64,000 nt of DNA from NCBI RefSeq assembly GCF_036588685.1, contig NC_086374.1:69626001-69690000 (forward strand). The letters run 5' to 3'. Of this stretch, positions 16,101-27,145 are shown piece after piece. A program made the translations under genes and the position numbers. The notes beneath the pieces were generated by a model, which was not told where the DNA came from, ran no database searches, and worked only from the letters and a program-made list of their open reading frames with translations. Numbering within the stretch: position 1 is the stretch's first letter; every line of letters begins with the position of its first letter. This DNA is from Mytilus trossulus (lineage: Eukaryota).

Positions 16101-19100
16101 ATCTCAAGAGCGCTTGGAAATCTAGGAAGAGTTTATGTTTCGCAAGGAAAACATCAAAATGCTTTAGAACTGTAAGCTGAAGCGCTGATAATTCATGTTA
16201 ATTTAAGTATTAAAACCTTTAAGATAAATAATTTCAGATAAAATGTCATGTTAGGTTATGGGGTATCCATTCATGACACAAAATTATTACATTTATCGCT
16301 ATTTTATGAAATTTTCCTATGATTTTACTGTCTGATATTTTTTTCTCGGCGGAGTCGAGTGATATGAAAATTATCGCTAGAAACTAAGGGAGCACGTGGC
16401 GTTGCTAATGAAATTGACATGAAATTGACAACGTCGGCATAGGTAAAATAGCGATAAACAGATTATCATTGGTCATCTCATCTTGATTGCTTTTCTGGCT
16501 TTACGTCCCGGCTCAAGCGAGAAAATCTCGTTGAGATGATCAATCTATAAGTACAGAAAAAAAATCACAGAAAAGGCAAAGGAACAGCGCCTGTATTGCC
16601 GTTCTTCATCGCAAAGTCACAATGAGGAATTAAACATCGATCAAATAAATGCTCACCTCACAGCGGGTTGAAAACAGTCCATTGTAACGGTTTGATAAGA
16701 TTTCTTTGCAACATAATTCGGATAGACTATGATCACTATGATCACAGCCACTTATAAAACGCCAAAATTGCATATTACATTAGATGAAAACCTATAAGTA
16801 AAGTTTCAAACTGATGTTCATGTCTTTCTTTACTTTATGGATCGACTTTTCATATATATTTTGTGTTGTAGGTTATTATTAAGTGTATGCATCATTCTTT
16901 TCGTTTAAATTTTACTTAACTAAGTGAATAGTACGTTATCGACTTTGTTTTAACAACCAGAAATACATGTACATTTATAAAACATAATCAAGAACCATAT
17001 TATATTTTGAAAAACAATACATTTTTAGGTTTTCCCGAAAAGTTCCATATTGTGCTACACGATTGGAGACAGCCTGGTTATACCATGAGATTGGAAACTG
17101 CTTCTTGATCCTTCAACAGTTTGAGTTTGCACGTGAAGCAGCACGACGCTCCTTAGAGGCAGCTGAGGAAGCTGTAGAATGGAGTTATCAGTTACAGTCT
17201 AGTGTTCTGTTGGGAGTAGCAGAAGGTAAGAAAAAAAAAACGTTCCAAAGTACCAGTAGTGGTATTCTTACGATTGATTGCTGTTTTATGCCACTTCTCT
17301 ATCCTATTTCGTGGCGATAATTTTTGTTTGTTTGAGGAATAACTGTGTGGAAGCATTGGACTCCAGTAAGGAACTTAACATCCGGTTAATTATGGAGTCG
17401 AACCTTCCTGTCACGTGAGGGAGTCGAATACACAACCTCAGTGTTGACAGGCTAGTGATACAGAAGTTAAACTACTTAGACTTCTCGGCAACCAACACCC
17501 GCAGGTGTTATTAAAAGTTACAAGAAAGAGTGTATGTGCTATAGTTTTGAATGGTGTTGGCAATAGCAGATAAAGTCTATAATTTTTAATTTAGATATGG
17601 ACGCTATAGTATTGTATTATAGTTTCTGTGAACTATTAAATCTGTCGTGTATAAAAAAAAATGTTGAAGTGCAGTTTTGCGTTACACATGTAGTGTTATA
17701 TTATCAATTGTATTTAGCATCTCGTTTGAGTTTTACTGATTTTATAAATTATGTTGAAATAAAAGTAAAATCACAAAAATAATGAACTCCGAGGAAAATT
17801 CAAAACGGAAAGTCCCTAATCAAATGGCTAAATCAAAAGCACAAACACATCATACGAATGGATAACATCTGTCATATTCCTGACTTGATACAGGCATTTT
17901 CTTATATATATCTATAGATAGAAAACGGTGGATGGAATATAGTTTTATAGATGGTTAAACATCTCCCTTATATGACAGTCGCATCAAATTCCAAATGATC
18001 AGAGATTTTAAAAATCTGACGGCTGATACGGGGCACCGAATGGGACTCTTGTGGTTTTGTACTCAAAATTCAATTTTGTACGGACAAAAGTGACTTTTGT
18101 TCAACAAAAAAATTTAATTTCCATATCAGGTAACAAAAGTCAATTTTGTATGCAAATATGTTTATATTTGCATACCTTTTAAACAAAATTGACTTTTGTC
18201 ATGACAAATATGAATTTTGTCTACAAAAATGAATTTTGTCATGACAAAAATGAATTTTGTCATCACAAAATTGAAGTTCAAACAAAACAAGTCTGTAGCA
18301 CATAGTTTTGTAAGACAAAAATGATTTTGTTAGGACAGAATTGAATTTTGTACAAAACCACAAGAGTCCCATTCGGCGCCCCGTAGCTGAAGGATAATTG
18401 AAAAAATCAAACTAACCATTCTCTGTTTATTTTTACCTGCATGCAATATATTTCTGTAGTAAGTTAAAAAAAATAATGTACTTAATCTCTTTTCAGTAAA
18501 ACTACGGGAATATCATTCTGCCTTTAATACTTTTGAGAGAGCACTGGACCAAGCTCGCATGCAAGGTAAGATAACAAAATACAAAATACATGTAGTTTGT
18601 AATTGCTCACAGTGCTGTTTTACTCTTGTTTGATGTTTTTATTTTTATGGTCGACTATTTACATTCGTTTGAAAACGGGAAAGCTCTAAGCATAATATAT
18701 TTTGTTTTTGTAAATATTTCTGCTTCATATAACGTAAATCAACCTAATTAAAAACCGATCTCTCATCTCTCCCGTTTTCTGATATGTCGCACTACGATGC
18801 GAGATATCTGAAAACGGGAGCGATGAGAGGTTGGTTTTTAATTAATAGTAGATTAAACGTAACAAGGCTTAACATTTAAGAAGTAAGATACATTTTTGAG
18901 TGCGTATTAAGTATACCACTAGCTTATTTTACCTATACATGTACGTTGGGTAATTTAAATAGTATATTTAAAACCGAAATCAACAGTTATTACTAATACT
19001 ATTATCATGAACCCAGTGTAAAGAAGTGTCCACCATTATTTTCAGGAGACACAAAGGCAGAAGGTGCCATCAGGGAAGCATTGCAGGATGTTAATCTCCG

Positions 19101-19449
19101 AATTGTAGAAGAAATGAAGCGAAATCAGCAAGAATTCATGTCCAGAAACAGGGCCGATTATGCAAAGTCACGTGCTGAAATGTCAGATTATTCCAGTATT
19201 TATATACCGGAAGACGATGGTGACGTATCACTTACAGAGACAGGATATGATACTGACAATTTACATTTGGACTTGGACCAAATGCGCAGTGAGATGGAGA
19301 CCTCTATGTTTGGGTCTGTTGCAAATCTTAGATCAGAAAGAACTTCTCGTAACGAAATGGGCTCCATGTTGAATTTGAATACAATGGGGAGGTCATCTAT
19401 TGTACCAAGTGCATATAACATTCTGCGCAGCAATACCGCAATGGGATGA
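773..19449 (+). CDS. TTC25: TTC25/ODAD4-like tetratricopeptide repeat protein (outer dynein arm docking complex subunit 4 family), 11 coding exons, about 951 aa
   Basis: join(773-1195,7530-7661,11499-11652,11890-11948,12404-12779,13274-14020,15028-15235,16085-16171,17029-17225,18497-18565,19046-19449) = 2856 nt. All introns are GT-AG with matching phases. Family motifs: LVAKSRCHQLMG, LFQKAELLFIDGEYDTALVYYNKGNKQRPD, KQLLGRMYNDKQYLERL, LHSYIGNSAIE, SRALGNLGRVY, WLYHEIGNC. Confidence 0.88.
2091..2269. mobile_element. MITE with CAGTGGCGGATCCAGG termini and 5-bp TSD (AATAC)
   Basis: TIRs CAGTGGCGGATCCAGG / CCTGGATCCGCCTATG; AATAC on both flanks; a related fragment lies at about 45195-45283. Confidence 0.75.
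4661..5070 (+). mobile_element. 3' fragment of a Penelope-like retroelement RT
   Basis: Translates to LLSQKLLRQGYASIKSRSSLKKL*GRHHELIGHY, which I recognise as the C-terminus of bivalve Penelope-like RTs. It is followed by the GGAAATGCTTACCCTTCCGGAGCACC tail. Confidence 0.55.
5429..5451. repeat. (TA)n microsatellite
   Basis: Direct reading. Confidence 0.9.
7530..7661 (+). CDS. TTC25: TTC25-like exon 2 (TPR)
   Basis: ttgcag|GCT...GAG|gtattt; ALKLVPDEMSTLVAKSRCHQLMG. Confidence 0.9.
7812..9190. repeat. About 28-bp minisatellite (CTGAATAACAAAAGTGACAATGTCTTTA), about 49 units, in intron 2
   Basis: Directly visible tandem array with variant units. Confidence 0.95.
11020..11388. mobile_element. 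Non-autonomous element ending in a long hairpin (11228-11386)
   Basis: About 70-bp imperfect inverted arms TAAGTATTGAATGCTTCTTTTTGTAACTTT.../...AAAGTTACAAAAAGAAGCATTCAATTCTTA; CTGATTGGCT near the other end. Confidence 0.6.
11499..11652 (+). CDS. TTC25: TTC25-like exon 3 (TPR)
   Basis: ttgcag|GCA...TCC G|gtacgt; ALFQKAELLFIDGEYDTALVYY. Confidence 0.9.
11890..11948 (+). CDS. TTC25: TTC25-like exon 4 (59 nt)
   Basis: ttacag|CA...AGG|gtaaat; needed to bridge phase 1 to phase 0. Confidence 0.75.
12404..12779 (+). CDS. TTC25: TTC25-like exon 5
   Basis: aatag|AAA...GCT G|gtaagt; KQLLGRMYNDKQYLERL. Confidence 0.85.
13274..14020 (+). CDS. TTC25: TTC25-like exon 6 (long low-complexity insert)
   Basis: tgtag|GC...ATA G|gtaagt; GLNFLYDRVLYWVRQ. 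Confidence 0.85.
15028..15235 (+). CDS. TTC25: TTC25-like exon 7
   Basis: ttatag|CA...GAC AG|gtgtgt; LHSYIGNSAIENKEFEMALRHHERDL. Confidence 0.9.
16085..16171 (+). CDS. TTC25: TTC25-like exon 8
   Basis: ttccag|T...CT|gtaagc; SRALGNLGRVY. Confidence 0.9.
17029..17225 (+). CDS. TTC25: TTC25-like exon 9
   Basis: ttttag|G...GAA G|gtaaga; ETAWLYHEIGNCFL. Confidence 0.9.
18027..18385. mobile_element. MITE with about 36-bp TIR TACGGGGCRCCGAATGGGACTCTTGTGGTTTTGTAC and 5-bp TSD GCTGA
   Basis: TIRs and TSD read directly; internal GACAAAA/AATTTTGT repeats. Confidence 0.9.
18497..18565 (+). CDS. TTC25: TTC25-like exon 10
   Basis: tttcag|TA...CAA G|gtaaga; VKLREYHSAFNTFERAL. Confidence 0.88.
18745..18844. 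repeat. About 100-bp imperfect palindrome (remnant of a hairpin-ended element)
   Basis: TAATTAAAAACCGATCTCTCATC...GATGAGAGGTTGGTTTTTAATTA. Confidence 0.7.
19046..19449 (+). CDS. TTC25: TTC25-like exon 11 (terminal)
   Basis: tttcag|GA...TGA; AEGAIREALQDVN. Confidence 0.85.
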
Positions 19450-19764
19450 TTCTAAACGGCCATACGTTTTGTCTTCACGCAACATTATACATTATATTAT
19501 ACATTATACACTGTTTTATATAAACCGTGTAAGACATGTGTTTGATCTACTCATCTTTCACTGTTTCATTGTTAAATTGTGCCAATATTTTAACTGTTCG
19601 ATATTTCAAAACTCATTTTAGTTTCGGAGTTTTGAAGAAAATCATAAAAACAGAATCTTGTGAACGATATATATAATGATTAATTTCTGATTTTATTTCT
19701 ACTTTGAATATGCTAAATTTTCGGTATCAAAGTAGATGTACAAATGCTCAGAATATTTGTGATG

Positions 19765-19770
19765 AATAAA
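19765..19770 (+). terminator. Putative polyadenylation signal of the TTC25-like gene
   Basis: First AATAAA about 315 nt after the stop codon, followed by T/GT-rich sequence. Confidence 0.5.
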
Positions 19771-22700
19771 CTTTCCTTTTATCGAGTGTCATTGAATTTC
19801 GGTTCGAATTTCGTTTATCAATGACATGCTCCATTATTATTGATTTTATTTTATCTTTGCACCTATCAATTACGCAGCAATTTTTGTTTCATTTGTTAAG
19901 TTATATTCTTTTAATTGTTAATTGTGTCATGCCTGTTATATATGTTTTAAAAAAGTTCAAGCATATTGTATTCTTACGTATAATGCACTTTCTAAGGACT
20001 ATTTTTGTGATGTTGACATCAACCTCGCACACGTAGACTTACTATAGAGATAATCACCATTGTGTTTTAACATTACTTAAAATCAAAGAAAGGAAAGTGT
20101 ACACGTCATGGTTACCTTGTACTACATGATCTCAATTTTGACCAATAGTTTCAATACTGTATTACTTTTCGTTTCGTTAAAAAAAGTCTAATTGTCCACT
20201 TCTATCATTGTCTACCTTTACTTTTTAAATCGAGCGTCACTGTTGAGTCCTTTGTAGAGTAAACGCACGTCTGGCGCAAAAAGAAAATCAATATTGTAAC
20301 ATACGATAAGTTTATTTTTCATATTTTTGTAAACAAAAAACATGATCGGCAGTATTACTGGCGTACTTTATTAATTTATTTTTTTTATTTTCAATAAATA
20401 TCAATGTTGGTAAAATTAATCTTTAATTATGTAAAAAATATGTGTAGAATTTGCTATAGTTTCAAGCTTGATATTTTTTTTTATGAATATGCCTTTCCAT
20501 TTCAATAGACAAATACAAACTTCAAGGACAATTACAAACTTTTGTAATACACTGAGACTATTGGTTGCACATGACAGGAGGTTGATATATTGTATCATCA
20601 TATTTTTAATTTGTTTCAATAAAATATATGTTATTACTTAAGCATGTTTTCTTTTATAACGAAAGACCGCATTTTAAACGATAATGCCACGATACATTTT
20701 ATTCTTGTGATATATTAGTGTCAATATTCTTGAAATCGAACGCCCCTGGGTTTTGGTACGGTTCTTACTTTTCAGTGTTTTGTTTTCTATGTTGTGTTTT
20801 TTGTATTCTGTTGATTGTCTTTTGGTCGGTTTTCCTTTGTCGTTGTATTGTCATTTATTTTTCGGTTTATGAGTTTGATTATCACCTTTTAATTTACCGC
20901 CTCTCTTAGTTCTTAACTGAACATGTCTTACAACAGAGAATGGTTTTATCACGAAATGATATTTCCAACACCTTCATTTTATTGGCCTAATGATTGAGCT
21001 TAGAAAAAAGAAATGTGGAGAGCACGTCAATCGGAAAGCAACTTACACACAATAAAAACAGAAAAGATAACACATGTGTTCAACAACAAAACAGTGTTTA
21101 CTGCGTTCAATATTCTCCGTCTCTTTCTCAACCCGCTGGATGCACGCAAGATTCTTTAATTGGTGAGAATTTCGTTTTTAGATTTTAGATTTTAGATTTT
21201 AGACTGATAAAAAAAATCACATTTCAAGATAAAATAATTGATATTTTAGCTGAAAAGTCTTTGGTACATAATATTTATTGGTGGCTTTTAACTAGCTTCC
21301 AGTAACTGCGAGAACTCTTGAGATCCGTTCGGTACTTTGTGATTTATGTCTTTTTATTCAGGTTTTCTTGTGCTGGTCTGATATACCAATGCCTTTTAAC
21401 TTCTTTGTATAACTTGTTTTTATGTCTTCTTTTATTGTGCTTTTTAACATAACCAATGTTAGGGAATGATTTTGCGCCCGCAAACATATTCAACACGGCC
21501 CGCGTTCTGTATTGTGTGTGTTTGTCTGAAGTCAGTATTCTGCAACTCGTTGGTGGTCTCTTGCTGTATATCATATTTGTTTCTCGTATTGTTTACCAAT
21601 TTTACTGTTTTCTGACCTTTTATAGATTTCTAACTTCTACTTCATATGCTCTCTGGTTAAAAAATGCCACAGTGTCAATCATATTAGATCTTTATTTTTT
21701 ATTGATCATGTCAGCTGACGTTAAGATCTACCAGAGTGTGTACAGTTAAGTCGCTTACGAACGCCGACAATCTGTTACAAAACACGTCCTCCAAACGTTA
21801 TAATTTTTTTTGTCATACAAACAAACAAGCATCTTGATGACGTCCGTTTCAGGGAACATTGTGTTTTAGGAGGTTTGTCCTTGTCTAAACCATGATTAAC
21901 TTATCTCTATTGACATTTTTTATGAATCAAAACGTTTGACAAGTGAGTTGAAACCTTCAAAGGTATTTTCTATCGAACGATTTATTTACAACAAATATAT
22001 ATATTATGAAGCCTTCAATAGATTGTTTCACATTACATTTCCTGCAACTGGGAAATAATTCAACCTATATTTCCGTCAGTGATATTGTAACAAAAAATAT
22101 TTTTCAATTAAATCATTCCAATAATGAAAATAAAAAAAACCATCGATATTTTGATTTTTAACTTACAAGAAAATCATTTGATAATAAAAGAACTTACAGC
22201 TCCAAGTAAAGGCAATGTAACGTAATACGGATTTTAAGTTCATTTTAGTCAGAATAGGACAGCTGAACGTGGCCAATATTTGTAAATTATCCAATTTCGT
22301 GTGCATAGTAACAACTATTGTATACTTTGATTAAAAGCAACAAAGAAAACAATTGTTATTTTCATGTTGATATAATAAATGAAACTGAAATATATAAAGT
22401 GGCGTTGACTTTTGACCTTGATATATTTTAGAATACATATTCGAATGGCGATATTTCTACTAATAAGAGTGATAATGGATGGAATTTGTAAGCTATACTC
22501 AGCTTACATTGTCTTTGAAAGATGCTTGGATATAGAGGGATAAGAAACACTACTTTTACTAAACCCTTTCCAAGTTTCTTGCAAACAATTTTAGGGGTCG
22601 GCAAAGAAGGTTACCGGACACTGAAGCACGTTTTAAATAAAACTATAAAAATAGTTGCACGAAAATTACATCGAGAAAAACGAAGCACGAGAAATAATTC

Positions 22701-24843
22701 GCAAATTATAAGAAAAAAGTATCAGAATACTCAGACGTTCTTAAAGATCATGCACCCATTATTAACGTATACCTTACGGTCACCTCTAAGCGTACGTCTG
22801 CCACTTGCATCTAATTTGAAAGAAATATGCATAGTAATTTGATGGACTTTATTACAATGCATACATATACAATGAATTACAAAAATAGAATGGTAATTAA
22901 CAATATACTAGTACATCAATTTCAAAAAAATCAGAAGGTATTATAACACTGACTCAAAATTAGTCACGGTTTCCTTTTTAATCAAATTCGGGAAGAGCCC
23001 GAGAAATTAATAGCACCGACACGAAACACGGAAAAAAATAAGAAACACGAAGCACGATCATCGAACCAAACACGAGAAATCGAAAATTAAAAAGTCAAAA
23101 CACGAAAACACGGGAAAAAAAGACCGAAAACGTTGCACGAAAATAACACTTTTCCACCCTCATTGCAGCTTGACTACTATACACCGTCATCCTCGTTGTT
23201 TTTTTTTCAAGTGCTGTAAACTCGTACTATCCTCCAGGGAAAACATAAAAAATAATAATAATAATTAGTTAGCTTATTAAGTTAGCGACAATTTTCCTGT
23301 TTGAGAACTCTTTTTTTAATGCTTAAAGATGTTTAAATTTATGCACTCAGGTCTATTTAGGTTTTCAAATATTAGCTTAGTCTTGATTTAAATGGGTACA
23401 TGGGGTCATACAGAATAGAGAATAATGAGCAATATGTATATATATATTATATATTATAAACGAGTCTAAATTGAAAACTACGTTCAAACCTATGATTGCG
23501 TTGGATAAAAACCGCAATTTTATACGTGTGCATGTAAAACAAATTTCGTTGTAGAAGGGTCTGAAAACAGCACAAACAACATTTTCCAAAAGACCAAAAA
23601 AGTGAAAAAGTATATTTAAACAAAACGCATTTGACTAACAGGTCGAACAACTGATGTTCTTTAACCCTGCTGACTGCCATTGGCGATTGCCAAATAAAAT
23701 TGATCACAAGATGTAACAAAAATGGATCTTAATTAAATTTAATACTAAACAGAAAACAATTAACATGTGGCCACGATGTTATACCACAAACATAAGGTGT
23801 CAATATTTTTGTTTTGTACACCAGATATATATGCAGAACATAGGCAAAAATATGATGATTAACGAAAAATGAATATAAAGGAAAGACAATAAAAAAAAAC
23901 ACCAATAAAGAATAGAGAAAATAGTCTACAAAATAAAAGAATAAAGAAATGACGAGACCCCATCATTAGCCTTTTTCTGTCTGTTTTACGCGGTTTTCTT
24001 TTCTCATTTTTAATGGGATATATTTTTATACGATAAAACTGAGAATTGGAATGGGGAATATGTCAAAGGGACAACAACCCGATCAAAGAGCAGACAACAG
24101 CCGAAGGCCACAAATAATATGAATGATAGATAAAGTCAAGAGTTCTTTGATCTTCTTAACAGAGGATAAAGTACATTACATATCGATGAAGATAAGACAA
24201 GCAATTTGTCAATATTTGGTGTCAAATTATCTCCAACCACATATATTGGTACTTTGCGAATAAATGGTTTTTATCTGCATTTGTCTACGTTGGATTTATA
24301 TGACAAAAAGTAATTATTTCAGAAAGGTAGTACCAATAAGGTCTAATAAAACCGTTAATATCCAGCATCAAATCTACAGAATTATTAGGTATAAAACCAT
24401 AAAATGTTTATGCTTTCAATGTAATTACAGCAGTTAATTGCTATGAAAGGGAAATAATCGAAAACATGTCTTCGGTATATCAGTAACAAGCTAAATATTT
24501 CTAGTTTTTTTGAATAGATCTATCTTTTCCATTTCGTTTTCTATTGGGTTCATTTTCCTTATTCCTTGATTCATAACTTTTCTAGACTCAGTTGTAGAGA
24601 TTTAACACTTGTCAAATGTTCACGATTCCATTATATCATTAGCTCAGTAGTCAGTATTTCAGTATTGACATGATTGAACAAACTTTACTAACATTATCCG
24701 TTTTTAAATTTTTAAATTATAAAGAAACTAAGGCAAAGTTGGCTTTAGATGAATTTGGCTATTTATTTTAGGAATTTTTTAGGTATAGCTCTTCAATGGT
24801 TTCGGTACTTATACATCTTCGGATTTCAATTGTTTAACTTTGA

Positions 24844-24884
24844 GCGTTCCTGATGATGGTAAATCCAGAAAACGCTTCGGACGC
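24844..24884 (+). ncRNA. Type I hammerhead ribozyme motif in a dispersed retrozyme/Penelope-type repeat
   Basis: gcgttc CTGATGA tgg taaat cca GAAA a cgc t TC ggacgc: core boxes intact, 6-bp stem I, 3-bp stem II, minimal stem III; predicted cleavage after 24878. Confidence 0.65.
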
Positions 24885-25613
24885 AATTAATTATAAAACG
24901 TGTTGTTTTCATTTTTTTTTATCTCTTTTACGTCTGATCTAGTTTGGGCATGTTTCAGAGCTGCTGTATCCTTGTCGTACACATCTCTTTTAAAACTAAA
25001 TCAAAATAAAGCGAAACCCGGAAAATATCAAATTCTAAAATGATCAGACTTGTAATTTCGGGGCCTTTCATAGCTGAATATGTAATATGGGCTGTGCTCA
25101 TTGTTGAAGACCGTACGGTGACCTATAGTTGTTAATTTCTGTTTCATTTTGAAATCTTGTGGAGAATTGTCTCATTAGCAATTATACCACATCTCCTTTT
25201 TTTATATTTCCTATCATGTTATAAATCGAGAGACTCTTGCATCAATAAAGTGTTGATATGCAATAAAGAATAGGTCAGGACAACAATTTCAAATACAATG
25301 AAAGCAATAGAAATTCAATATTAATCAACCTTTTTAACTATAGATTTTTACACAGAAAGCAATCAAATTGTTTATTTTCAATCTAGTATATTGAAAAGCA
25401 TTACATAATATACCGAGTTTTCTAAAGATTTCAAAAAGATTAGAAAAAAGATTAATAGAAACCGGAATGATTCATTATTTGCCATCAAAACTAATCCTTA
25501 AGTTTATTATTCATTTTTCCTTATCTTGAAAATGTCTTTCTTTCCCATTTCCCTCAGTTTCTTGTGGCCTGCTATACATTTATTGGATATAAACAATGAA
25601 TAAGTCACCTTAC

Positions 25614-26174
25614 AAACTGGTTTATATCGAGTATTTCTCTAATCCTCAAAACTATAAAGTCTATTTATCAATTTGTCCTATCCCACGTAGCATTATTGCA
25701 TACGTCACATAAAAGCGATTTTCTGTGGTACCTAATAGAAAAAAACTGGTTTCGTGTTAAATAACTTGGATAACCGAAAACTTCATTTTTAAAGTCGAAG
25801 ACCTGTGCAATCTGCTTTTCTAATTTCGACATCTTAATTGGCTTCTATCCATCATATTTCCTCCTTTGAAGTTCCTCGTTTAAATCTTTTGACTTTTTAA
25901 AACATATTTGGTTTGTTATTTCCCAAATTTCTTAGATATCAAGTGTTCTTCTCTTAAAAATACTTTACTCCAAGATGTTGTTCTGAATGTTATATGGTTC
26001 CTTTTATGCTTGCTATAGTGTCCTGTCCAGAAGCTTATATAGCAAGCAAAATCGGGACTTTGGATCACCAACTTGACCACTTTGTTTCGGACGTAGAAAC
26101 AGCTTTAGGTGTAATTCGGATTTGATTTAATTCCACATCTTCATAAATCAGCACTGGAAGACACAATCTTTTAA
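25614..26174 (-). pseudogene. Decayed coding exon of unknown family (copy 1)
   Basis: catgcag|...|gtaagg borders; about 185-codon frame (KRLCLPVLIYEDVEL...KWSSW.SKVP...) broken by stops and frameshifts. Confidence 0.45.
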
Positions 26175-26950
26175 CTGCATGTTCAAAGTAAATTAGAACA
26201 GAGTTTCAATACAGAAAAAGTTAAAATGAAACAAATAGTTCTGACTCAAACTGTAAATAAACGAATCGCATTAAAATGTTAATCAAAGATTAGTTTTAAA
26301 GGAGAAAAAACAAGGGATAAGTGATATCAATCCATAACATAAAACAATTAAATGCACATAAACAATTACTTATTTCAAGTGGCATCATATCCCATTTATT
26401 TGTAACGAAAATCGTATAAGTACATACCATGTGTTTTTAATATCTGCAGCCTCATTGTAAAAGTTCTGTCAAAGGTAGAATACTTTCAGAACATTTTGTG
26501 CCATGTACCAAGTCAGGAATAGGACAGTTTTCCATTCGTTTGATGTTTTTGAGCTTTATTGATTTTGCTATTTGATTAGGAACTTATCGTTTTGAATTTT
26601 CCTCTGAGTTAAGTATTTTTGAGATTTAACTTTGTATAAATGTTGATAATTGTAACAGCTATGATATACTGACTTCTTCTGAGTAATTCCAAGTAAAAAG
26701 AATAAAATACTATCTTCATTTTCATTGAACAGATAATAACGATAACCCTTAACTGTACAACAAGAAAAATATATGTAACAAACAACTATAAAATGTATTT
26801 CGCTTATTGCTATTCTTTGGAAAACCCTTTCACAAACATGCACCTATAAATAAAGTAATCCTGTTAGAAATACTTTATACCTGCTATACATCGGATAACT
26901 ACTGTTTAACTTAATAATATTGCATGGGTGACACTATTTATGTTTATATT

Positions 26951-27121
26951 AAAAAATTCCCGAGGCACATAAGTATAACGGGAATTGATTGTCTTCTTGC
27001 GCATGTGTAATACATGTACGTGTAGGTCTAGGAATTTTTGGCGCCAAAAAATTAGGTTGTAAAGTGACTGTTTTATATAGTTAATTCTAGCCTGTACTTC
27101 GTACTGTGAACATCGTATTTT
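26951..27121 (+). repeat. Split direct repeat A1
   Basis: 171 bp, 3 mismatches to A2 (31131-31301). Confidence 0.95.
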
Positions 27122-27145
27122 GTGAGTGCCGTTCACCGTCACGCT

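Noticed and set aside
20416-23719. Short hydrophobic ORFs in the ORF track
   Set aside because: They overlap AT-rich dispersed repeats, most start at TTG/GTG, and they have no splice or motif support.
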